64,000 bases of DNA from an uncultured Gammaproteobacteria bacterium (lineage in GTDB: Bacteria > Pseudomonadota > Gammaproteobacteria > SZUA-229): positions 12,302 to 76,301 of the forward strand of contig CAVRHW010000026.1 in the NCBI GenBank assembly GCA_963721085.1. The letters are read 5' to 3'. Of this stretch, positions 45,638 to 54,987 are shown piece after piece. The position numbers and the translations under genes were made by a program. Numbering within the stretch: the stretch's first letter is position 1; each line of letters starts with the position of its first letter. The notes beneath the pieces are model-generated. The model was not told where the DNA came from. It ran no database searches and was given only the letters and a program-made list of their open reading frames with translations.

Positions 45638-46073
45638 ATGTGTGCAGTGGGCCAGAAAACAATTAACAAGATAATTAGACTTCCACTCTATTTGCTAATC
45701 GCTGTATGCCTATATTCGTGCTCATCCAATATCGCGCCTCCAAAACCTCCGTATAGCTTAAGCTATCAGTTCTATACTGATAAAAACTATCAATATGTGT
45801 ATCGCTTAATCTTGAATAATGCTGACGCATGCTCAAAACAAGGCGTGATCTCAAAGTCTATTGCTGAAGGACAGCATTACAGTGATATAAAAGCGGGTGA
45901 TATATCAATTTCACTACGTGCTCCCTTTTGGGACATACACGCATATACGTGTAAAAATAGATACTGAAAACGGAAAAACAAAAGTATCAGTTTCAAATGA
46001 CTTCGAAGCCTGGGATGAGCTTGCCAAAGTTATTAAAGACTGGGTTGAAAATGAAACAATGTTTTGTCGATAA
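45638..46073 (+). pseudogene. small lipoprotein, probably extended by a frameshift near 45925
   Basis: Track ORF 45638..45967 has a lipobox (LYSCSS). The +1 frame stays open for 47 more codons in AT-rich DNA (..RVKIDTENGKTKVSVSNDFEAWDELAKVIKDWVENETMFCR) up to the TAA at 46071-46073. Confidence 0.45.
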
Positions 46074-46225
46074 GGCGAGATAATAATATGTTAAAAAAAG
46101 ACGGATTTATTTACACAAACGTTATGGCTACGAAAAATAAGACTGTCCCCATTAATTCATTGATTTATGTATCCCCGAAAACCCGGTCTTCGGTCTAATA
46201 CACAGTTAGGTAAAAAAGAGAAACC

Positions 46226-47086
46226 ATGCCTGAAAGTAATTCGCTAATAAATTTAGGTGATTTATCAAAGCCAGCAACTGTTTTGATAAAAAAAATATCT
46301 AATGCTATTGGCGTATTATATGAACCAAAACGCATTAAGAGTAAAGCAAAAGCAGTGGCTGAAGCGGATAAAATTAAAGCGTTAGCACAAATAGAAATTA
46401 GCGATATTGAACGCAGAGCATTTGAGCGTCTAATATATCAAGAAGGTCGAAAGCAAGAGAATATTGAAAGTATTACTGCACAGGCAGTGCAGGAGCTATT
46501 ACCTGAAGCCGAAGTTGAAGCACTAGAAGAAGATTGGCTCATCCACTTCTTCAAAAACTGTGAATCAATAACAGACAAAGAAATGCAATCTTTATGGGCT
46601 GCTTTATTAGCCAGGGAGGCATCAAAACCAGGGGTGATCTCTAAAAGAACCATTAACTTTATTACCTCCATGGATAAAAAGGATGCCGAATTGTTCACTA
46701 AGCTCAGTCAATTCGTATGGCTGATGGGTGATGCGCTTCCGCTAATTTTTGATGAATATCACAAAATATATAATAATGAAGGGGTTGATTTTAGCGCTCT
46801 TAAGCATTTAGATGATATAGGTTTAATTTCATTTGAGCCATTAGGTTATAAACGAATTAATTTAGATCAACATGCGCAGCTGTACTATTTTGGCGCACAT
46901 GTAAGAATTAAATTTAATAAAGCTCGTGATAATGAGCTTCAAACTGGTAAGGTTGTTTTTACACAAGCAGGCAAAGAATTATTTCCAGTGTGTGGCGCTA
47001 AGAAAAATAATAAGTATTACAAATATGTAATCGATAATTGGTCTAAACAAGGTTATGTGTTATCTGAAACATCGCCTAAGGAATAG
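46226..47086 (+). CDS. DUF2806-like protein
   Basis: 286 aa. The N-terminus LINLGDLSKPATVLIKKISNAIGVLYEPKRIKSKAKAVAEADKIKA resembles the DUF2806 family as I recall it. Not verified. Confidence 0.5.
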   Translation: MPESNSLINLGDLSKPATVLIKKISNAIGVLYEPKRIKSKAKAVAEADKIKALAQIEISDIERRAFERLIYQEGRKQENIESITAQAVQELLPEAEVEALEEDWLIHFFKNCESITDKEMQSLWAALLAREASKPGVISKRTINFITSMDKKDAELFTKLSQFVWLMGDALPLIFDEYHKIYNNEGVDFSALKHLDDIGLISFEPLGYKRINLDQHAQLYYFGAHVRIKFNKARDNELQTGKVVFTQAGKELFPVCGAKKNNKYYKYVIDNWSKQGYVLSETSPKE

Positions 47087-47277
47087 GTATTGGAATTCTG
47101 TAGAATTCTGGGGACACGATGCTTAATTCCGGCACCGCCGGAATGAAATTCTTTACTTTTGTTTCTGAGAAGTGCGCTTGTAATTCCCCTAATAATAGGG
47201 GACAGACCACGTTTTTCGGATAAATCCATTTAATAAACGTGGTATGCCCCTAATATTTAAGCAACCGAGAGGCTGTC

Positions 47278-47738
47278 GTGAAATTCCGTTTGAATCATGA
47301 ATACATGAGCGAGAGCTACGACCAATCTCGGCGCTATGGTAAACTTTCTTCTCATTGAAAGCATTACTGGTTTCAGTTTCGTCTTTCTTGGAATAGGGCT
47401 TTATATCTATGTAAATGGTAAAACTCTAATACCGTTCGTGCTTATCGCAATTGGCATGTTCGAGTTATTCAGTAATCGCATAAAGAAGTATTTTTGGCTT
47501 CGTCGTCATTCAAAGGGCAAGCTAATGAATGCCGAGATCGAGCTAGAAATTTCGGACGTCAGGGATTGATAGTGCTGGGCCTTTCTCCAATGGGCACTTT
47601 GAATGGAATGGCATTGAAAAGGTAATTCGCACACCAAAAGGCATTCTTGTGTGGCCGCAGAAAGGAATGTATTGGTATATTCCTGAAAGCATTGCAGGGA
47701 AACAAATAATTGATTTCATACAAGAAAAAGTTTCTTAA
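47278..47738 (+). pseudogene. YcxB-like membrane protein split over three frames
   Basis: (V)KFRLNHEYMSESYDQSRRY, then VNFLLIESITGFSFVFLGIGLYIYVNGKTLIPFVLIAIGMFELFSNRIKKYFWLRRH.., then GIDSAGPFSNGHFEWNGIEKVIRTPKGILVWPQKGMYWYIPESIAGKQIIDFIQEKVS. Shifts lie near 47335 and 47560. Confidence 0.5.
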
Positions 47739-47854
47739 CCAGCCGCTTGTTCGAGCGCAAACTAGAAAACCGGGGTCAAACCCCAGTTTTCGCTAATATT
47801 GCCAAGTTGACACATGCGGAATAAATAGGAATAGAAATGTGACTGAGGGATTAA

Positions 47855-49027
47855 ATGATGTTCAATTCTAAAATATGGTCAATGGATAACTTATTCGCCG
47901 TCTTTTTTCGTCCGATTCTGTACATTGCTTTGTTCATGTGCGTGGCATGTGCCAACACTTGGGCTGCAACGATTGAACAGCAAACTATCAACCACCTGAA
48001 TCATATTAGAAATATAAAAACTGATATGGGTGCGGAAGCTACTAAGGTATATAACAGACAGATGGACGATGCCTGGCGATTCTTCCAGAAGAATAAGGCA
48101 CAGGTTCTCCCTGTTTTGCGTGGTCAGCTCAAAACCGAGTTGAAGAGTAGCAAGCCAAACGATTTAATTCTTCTCGATATCGGGTACTTTGTGTATCAGA
48201 ACGATGGAGCAGAGGGCAAAACGATCGGTGCAGATGCTCTTTCAAAGTTGAATCCTGGCGCCAAAATAGTTCAGGCAAATTACAGGGAGCTGTTTGACTT
48301 CGCATATGCCATGGCACGAGATCATGACTCACGTGTATTGCCCATAATTGAAAGGAACTTCCTTCCATCAGACCAGGAAATTTTCATACCTCAACACGCT
48401 TTAAAACTGGACGGCACGCTCATTTGTGTGTTTTTGTATGGCACATATGGACCCGAGTCTGAGGATATTCTGCGCGCTAAACTTGTGGACAAACCGGTCA
48501 GGCGCAGGGCATTAGAACTTTTAGTATGGCTTGGTTCGCCTGCATCGCTTCCTGATGTGCGGAATGTCCTGGAGTCGTCACCCGATTATGAAACGTTTTT
48601 ACGTGTCACTTCCTATATGATGCGGGCGGCTGGCCCCGCTGGTCGTACCTTTATGCTTGGTTTGTCACCGAAAACTCTTGATACTCAGTCACGTCGATAC
48701 CTTGCAAAGATCCATTCGGCAATCCAGGAGACCTCATTTGAATCTATAAAGGCTTCATTGGCGCGGGTCCCTGGTGATAAAAACCTGTCAGATGCCGAAG
48801 TGAAAGCGCGTCTCAGTGCTATGCTAAAAAACTATGGTAAGGATGATCGTACGAGTCCTGTGGCAATTCTGAATTCCGGTCTACCATCGGAGTATCTCAT
48901 TAACATGCTCATGAAGATTCGCAGTCGCATATTGTACCGTTTGTCAGATGAAGGACTCGGCGATGTAGAAGTAACCAATTTTCTTATCAATGCTCTACGT
49001 TACCGAGAGAAGAATAAAGCTCGATAA
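47855..49027 (+). CDS. secreted protein of unknown function
   Basis: 390-aa ORF with an N-terminal hydrophobic signal ending ANTWAAT. Largely helical-looking. No motif recognised. Confidence 0.55.
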   Translation: MMFNSKIWSMDNLFAVFFRPILYIALFMCVACANTWAATIEQQTINHLNHIRNIKTDMGAEATKVYNRQMDDAWRFFQKNKAQVLPVLRGQLKTELKSSKPNDLILLDIGYFVYQNDGAEGKTIGADALSKLNPGAKIVQANYRELFDFAYAMARDHDSRVLPIIERNFLPSDQEIFIPQHALKLDGTLICVFLYGTYGPESEDILRAKLVDKPVRRRALELLVWLGSPASLPDVRNVLESSPDYETFLRVTSYMMRAAGPAGRTFMLGLSPKTLDTQSRRYLAKIHSAIQETSFESIKASLARVPGDKNLSDAEVKARLSAMLKNYGKDDRTSPVAILNSGLPSEYLINMLMKIRSRILYRLSDEGLGDVEVTNFLINALRYREKNKAR

Positions 49028-49071
49028 AGGCGACGGGGGATTAAAAGACAGCTCCTCCATCATCATTTTCA

Positions 49072-49344
49072 GTGCGAGTGGATATGGACATATTACAGGT
49101 AAAATGTGGGCACTGTGGTGCGATTGCAAATCATGCAGGGCAGTGTACTTATTGTCATAAAGACCTGGGTAGTGTATCTAAAGCTATAATGTCTGCTGCT
49201 CTTGCTTCGTTTGCCTTATCTCTCATCTGGATAGGCATAGCTGTTATTTTTCAGATTGAGTTCGCATGGATTTCTATGACTTTTGGACTACTGATCAGCG
49301 CTGCCGTAATTGTATTTTCACGTGGTTCGGGTCCTAAGTATTAA
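49072..49344 (+). CDS. zinc-ribbon protein with two TM helices
   Basis: CGHCGAIANHAGQCTYC followed by two hydrophobic helices. Same architecture as 22505..22879. Confidence 0.5.
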   Translation: MRVDMDILQVKCGHCGAIANHAGQCTYCHKDLGSVSKAIMSAALASFALSLIWIGIAVIFQIEFAWISMTFGLLISAAVIVFSRGSGPKY

Positions 49345-49380
49345 GAAAGGGGACGCTAAGAAAGGGGACGCTACCCTTTA

Positions 49381-49962
49381 ATGAAAAAATGTGGAGAGAA
49401 TTCAGCATTGAAGCCGTTTAAAACATTCTTATTTATTTTTCCGCTTACAATTTTCTCATCTGTCTCTAACGCTGCATCTGGTTATATCGATGTCGGGATA
49501 CATTTTGGAGGCGCAAAAGTTGACAGAATTCAACTTGCAGGCGGCAATGGTGGTACCGATATTACCTCTGGTGAAGTGCTTTCTGCCTCGCTTGGCGCAT
49601 TATTCCGGCCAACGCTTAATACTGACATACAAATTGGGGGCGGGAAACGAAGCAACACGGCTGTGGGTCAGAATGGTGATGTAACATGGCAATCATATTT
49701 TCTTGAAACCTCGGCCCATTACATTATCAGGAATTTTCGTCTGGGCGGTGGCCTGCAGTATTATATAAACCCTGAATTACGTGGCGGAACCACTGATCGA
49801 AACTTCGATAACTCCATAGGCCCTTTTGTTTCATGTGAACTAGAGGTTTATCAAGGTCTTTATGCGGGATTGAGACTAACGCACGAAAAGTACCAGGATT
49901 CAGCAACAAAGGAGATTGTGTCGGGCAGTACTATTGGTGTTACTCTGACTTTAACATATTAG
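49381..49962 (+). CDS. outer-membrane beta-barrel protein
   Basis: Signal peptide, alternating beta-strand pattern, and a C-terminal ..GVTLTLTY aromatic terminus. Confidence 0.6.
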   Translation: MKKCGENSALKPFKTFLFIFPLTIFSSVSNAASGYIDVGIHFGGAKVDRIQLAGGNGGTDITSGEVLSASLGALFRPTLNTDIQIGGGKRSNTAVGQNGDVTWQSYFLETSAHYIIRNFRLGGGLQYYINPELRGGTTDRNFDNSIGPFVSCELEVYQGLYAGLRLTHEKYQDSATKEIVSGSTIGVTLTLTY

Positions 49963-49988
49963 CCCGGAATAAAAGGGTTCGGTGACAA

Positions 49989-50609
49989 ATGATAATCACT
50001 TATAAGGGAAAGCATATGAAACTGTTAAAAATATCAGGACTGGTCTTTAGTATCGCTGTCATCGTGTCTTGCGTTCCTATGCGGCGCATGCCCGAAATGA
50101 AGCTTCCTCCGGAACCCATTGCATTATCTGATTACTATTTTACCCCGTTAAATGAGCGGGGCTGGGTTGAGATTGGCGAGAATGCGTACAATGTGGCACT
50201 GGTTAAGCAAGGAAAAGAAAAGGATGAAACGTATGCTATCCAGACTATGCGATTTAAATTACCCGCGTTTAAGAACCAGGCAGACTTTGTTCGCCTGATA
50301 AAGAGTGGTCAGGCGGCAGATACCAGCTCGACACGTTTCACAGTCATAAAACATGATGTAACTGACTATACAAGGCTAAAAAGTAATTGCGCTATATCAA
50401 ATATGGTAACCAAAGACCATAACGCCATTAAGCGATCGGGAAAAACTGGAGATATGATACTGGAAGCGCTTGTGCTTACCTGCGCACTCCCAAAAGATAA
50501 GAGTACAGGTATCGGTGTTGTCTATTCACACAGATATTATCCGGGCCACAATGATAGTGACTTTGCAGAAAAAGGCATGACCGTCTTGAGTAGTGTTAAA
50601 TTTCAATAA
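49989..50609 (+). CDS. lipoprotein of unknown function
   Basis: MKLLKISGLVFSIAVIVSC lipobox. The start is probably the internal ATG at 50016. Confidence 0.55.
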   Translation: MIITYKGKHMKLLKISGLVFSIAVIVSCVPMRRMPEMKLPPEPIALSDYYFTPLNERGWVEIGENAYNVALVKQGKEKDETYAIQTMRFKLPAFKNQADFVRLIKSGQAADTSSTRFTVIKHDVTDYTRLKSNCAISNMVTKDHNAIKRSGKTGDMILEALVLTCALPKDKSTGIGVVYSHRYYPGHNDSDFAEKGMTVLSSVKFQ

Positions 50610-50702
50610 AGAGATAGAAGAACATCCAGGCTAGATATAAGTTTTTGCTAATACTTTAGATGGAACTGGTATCTGATCCACGATTCTATAAGGGAGAAGA
50701 TT

Positions 50703-51582
50703 ATGTTTAAACGATTCATAGATGGAATGGTTTTTGGTGCGGGGTTTAGTGCGGCATTTGTTGTGGTCTGGACTGTTGCGATTTATTATATTTTACCCGG
50801 CGTTATTGAAAAGAGAATTCACTCCGCAACTTCTGGCGGAATCCATGAAGCAGGCCATGAAATACGTACCGTTCCTGCAATAAATCTGCCTGATAAATTT
50901 CTTGATACAACCAGCGTTACCTCGGGTGATTTCAAAAGAGGAGGTGGTGTTCTCGCTGGCGGTAACGGCAGGATAATAGGTGGAGCAAGTGCTAATGGAA
51001 AGCCCGTGTCGGGATTAAAATTCGGCTGGCATTGAACGGTAGTGTATATAGTCAGTGGGCTACTACTGATGGTGAAGGAAAATATGCTGTTCATGTCCCA
51101 TATGGCGAGTACGTCATAAATGGTTATGAATTTGATCAGGAAGCAGCTGACAAATATCTGGCCAATAAAATTATTTCTCCACAAAGTTCATATTCGAGCA
51201 GCAGATTTAAGGTGTCCTCGGCGTCTACTGGACGCGGGCTGGATTTTCGATTTATAAACCCGGTTATCAAGAAGTTCAAAAGCAATATATTCAAGAATGG
51301 TGATGACGTCATACTTGAATGGGAGGATTATCCGGGTGCGTCAACATATACCGTTCAGGTACGTGAAAAGCCGGATCCTTATACATGGAGCAATGTGACA
51401 CTTTTAAATGGTCGGAAAGGCCGGAGGTGCTAGAGCCTCGCATAAACCTGAAAGATTATGATGTGCATTTAACGCCAGGGAAGTATTACTCTGTGGAAAT
51501 TACCGCCAAAGGAAAAGATAAAGAAATACTATCCAAAAGTGCGGATATTTATTCTGGGTATGATTTCGAGATTGTTAAATAA
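50703..51582 (+). pseudogene. membrane-anchored protein with carboxypeptidase-regulatory-like and Fn3-like domains, split by two 1-nt deletions
   Basis: TM helix (50703 frame). Then GKPVSGLKIRLALNGSVYSQWATTDGEGKYAVHVPYGEYVINGYEF (shift near 51017, in an A-run). Then ..LEWEDYPGASTYTVQV.. and DTFKWSERPEVLEPRINLKDY.. (shift near 51395). Confidence 0.5.
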
Positions 51583-51821
51583 TATGGAAGCATGAATTAA
51601 AGGGGTCGGTACGCCATTGAGTATATAGATGCCAGCGCCGATTGTGACGAAATTGACTCTGGTATTTCAGGCCAAAGTTTCATATGATTCGAAAGGACGG
51701 GCTGGGATTCGATCCCGATTTATATGTTGCAGAGCTGCTCACTACTTGTTCCGCTAGTTGTTTATTGGGATTGAGCGTACTACTGGAACTTGCTCTCGAC
51801 AGGATATCAAGGAGGCTGGTA

Positions 51822-51964
51822 TGGGCAGATTCAATCTTAGGCGTGTTTACGTTCTTGCGGTTATCCTCGCGCTGACACTGCCTGCAGTCCAGTGTGCTGG
51901 AGACAGTTCATCAAGTTCATCGAATAGAGCCACAGTGAATGTTCATGCGGTGGTTCTGAAATGA
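51822..51964 (+). CDS. small lipoprotein
   Basis: MGRFNLRRVYVLAVILALTLPAVQCAGDSSSSSS has a lipobox. Its stop overlaps the next start (ATGA). Confidence 0.4.
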
Positions 51965-54067
51965 AAATGCCAATATGCCTGTCTTTGGTTCTTCTGGTGT
52001 TCAGCTTTTTGGCTCGTGCCGCCACCAACGAGGCCAGCTTTACGCCCGATAGCATCATCAAGCCAATTTTCGAAGTGGGGCTGGCCAATTCAACAAGCTC
52101 GACTCGCTCGGCACTTTATACCTGTTCAGGCACGACTCCCGGTGAGTGTGAAGTAGAAATCACAAACCAGGCCGCGCTCAACGCGCTGTTTGCGGGTGCT
52201 TCGGTTGCTCCAGGAACTTACGACCAGATGTATGTACGGCATTGTACAACCGGGACGGGTTACACCGCCAGGCTGCGTGGCAGCGTTTCAATTGGGGCGG
52301 TGCCGACAACTTATTACACGACTTCGGGTGCGGACCCGCTATCGACTTCCAGTGCCAGTCTTGATTATGTAACGGTTCCTTATCAGGGCTGCGAGACGAC
52401 TTACCATCTGGCAAGTCCGCTCACTGTTTCTGCTGGAGATACAGTCAATTTAAGTCTTTTTTTCTCTCACCTGAATATTGCCTGGGCCCGACTTGGTGCC
52501 GAAACAATTCCCAGTGGCTGTACACAGAACGCTGGAATGACCCAGTCAGTGTGCATGGCTTATCCAGACATTGTTCCTTATGTGGGCAGCAACACGCCAA
52601 CTCTGGAGCGGTACTATGTGATTGAGGACTCTGTCGTCAATCCCACTTTTGAGTCTGTAGGGGCGATGGTGTTGCTTGTGACTGATTCGGTCACGGGAAA
52701 TGTGCTCGCTGGTTTTACCCGGCGTTTATTTAGTGACAGCTCTGTTCCGCCTTCGGCGAACTATGATACGCCACTGAAGCAGATCACAGATAATCATGAT
52801 GGAACCTGGCGCCTTGAGAACTATGGATCGACGGCCACCGGGACCGGCTATATTGTCTTCCCCGCTTTCCGGAGAAGCAGTCATGCTTCATCATATCTAA
52901 CAGAAAGCGGAACCTCGATTGCGTATCATGCCTATCGAGACATCAATTCAGAACTGGATTCCTGCCCTTCGGGACCTCTTTTCACTGCTTATCCCATCAC
53001 AGTGGATACCAGTGGAACACCGACCATGACAGAATTTGTAAGCATGACGCCGCTTGGAAACCTGAACCCTTCCAGCCATGTGTTTCCGACCGACCATATG
53101 TACATCAATGTGAATGAGGTCGGTGGTGTACCGCAGACCGGCCATGTCTATCTGCCGGGGGATGCCTATGTCACCCAGATGGAACAGAAGTCGTACACTG
53201 CAGGACCGCTTACAGGTGTTACGGAATACAAGGTAGGGTTCAGTTCGTGCAAAGAGTTTTCGTTCTACTTTGATCACCTGGAGTCGCTGTCTACAGATCT
53301 TCAGACGATCTGGGATGCCAATGGACCCGCAACGGATTGTCAATCCTATACAACCGGGCCCAGTACGCTTACCACCTGTTCGATGTCGATGAAGTCCTAT
53401 CTCACGGCAGGCACTTACATGGGAACAGCTGGAAATCCTGCTGGAATTTATGGCGTAGATCTGGGCGCGCATGATTCACGCGTGACACCCATCGTATTCG
53501 CTAACAATGCACGCTATGGTTCGTCACCAGATGGAATGGATCGGATGCATACGGTTTGCCCGATTGATTACTTCGATACTTCAATGAGGGATACGCTGAG
53601 GACTTTCTTTAAAGCCTGGGACGGAACACCGAGAACAGCGCCTCCGGTCTGCGGAACGATTGATCAGGATCTCGCTAGCACAGTTCAAGGAAACTGGTTT
53701 GAAACACCAGACTCAACTTTCTCCCCTGAAGATCCAAATCTTGCTCTTGTACATGACAATATTCGATCCGAGCATTCCTGTGTTTTCGGTGGGAACAACG
53801 CTGACAGGACTTCCAGGTGGCGCTTACCGATTTGTTCCCTCAGCAGGAACGACTAGCCAGGTGAATCGAGATTTTGGACTGGTCACCGACACAGGCATTT
53901 ACTGCTATGAAAATCTAACCGATGGCAGCACCGCTGTGGCCAACACCGTAATCCTGTTACAGAGAACCGATCCGGACACGCTCACTATCGAGAAGCAATC
54001 GGCCAGCAACTGCGCAGCACTTGCTACTCCATGGGCCTTTAGTTCGCCTCTCACGTATACCCGCTGA
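51961..54067 (+). pseudogene. large (about 700 aa) secreted protein of unknown function with one frameshift near 53765
   Basis: Signal MKMPICLSLVLLVFSFLARA. The 51961..53856 frame is continued in the +1 frame by DPSIPVFSVGTTLTGLPGGAYRFVPSAGTT... up to 54067. Confidence 0.55.
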
Positions 54068-54194
54068 AACCACCAGAACAATGGTGGCGTTATCCTTTAA
54101 CCGAATTCCGGAAACAGTTTACTTAATTGCTTCCTGGATACGTGCATTATAATTAAGTAAACTATCCTCGTATCCCTCGTTTTAGGAGACTTGC

Positions 54195-54755
54195 GTGTTG
54201 ATACGTCTGTTTATAGTCGCCATACTTTGTGCGCCTGCCGCTGCCTGGGCATTCATCAAGCCAATTCGGGTTCTCGCTCCTGAATGGAATGGGGTTTCAT
54301 GCATCAATGACACTATATGTACGGATGATATGTCCCACTACCAGGAAGCGGCCAGATTGTACGATGAAGCTTTGCATTATGTCGATTCATCGGTCGGCGT
54401 AATCAAGAGTCAGCCACGCGTAATTTTCTGTTACTCGGATACCTGTTCTCGATCCTTTGGGTTGGGAAAGCGCTCAGCCTTAACGATTGGTCACTTTGGA
54501 ATTATCATAAGTCCCCGTGCATGGAAGGAGTACTATGTGCGTCACGAAATGATTCACCATCTTCAACATGAAAAATTAGGTATGCTCAAGGTATGGCGCG
54601 ATCCCAGGTGGCTCATCGAAGGCATGGCGTACTCTCTCAGTAAAGACCCGAGACCAAAGCTCTCTGAGCCCTTTGAGCAATACCGTACTCAATTCAATCA
54701 ATGGTATGGGCGGGTAAAAAAAGGCCATCTATGGGAGCAGGCAAGTAAAATTTAA
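54195..54755 (+). CDS. secreted HExxH protein (putative zinc metallopeptidase)
   Basis: Signal peptide and YYVRHEMIHHLQHEKLG ... WLIEGMAYSL. Confidence 0.5.
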   Translation: MLIRLFIVAILCAPAAAWAFIKPIRVLAPEWNGVSCINDTICTDDMSHYQEAARLYDEALHYVDSSVGVIKSQPRVIFCYSDTCSRSFGLGKRSALTIGHFGIIISPRAWKEYYVRHEMIHHLQHEKLGMLKVWRDPRWLIEGMAYSLSKDPRPKLSEPFEQYRTQFNQWYGRVKKGHLWEQASKI

Positions 54756-54987
54756 ACACGCATAACAAGGCGCCTGTTCGTATGCAGACTACGCTGCGCT
54801 TCTTTTGCGCCAGACAGCTTGGTCGTTAAATAAAAGTGGTTGGTGACAAATAACTGGTATCCGATCCATGTTTCATCTGCGTTATTCGAATGTTTAAATA
54901 CACTGCTTTAAGGAGAAAGCACCATGCGACGTGCGAATCGACATTGCTTACCCGGGAAATCCACGTCAGCCTGATTTCGGTTTTCAT

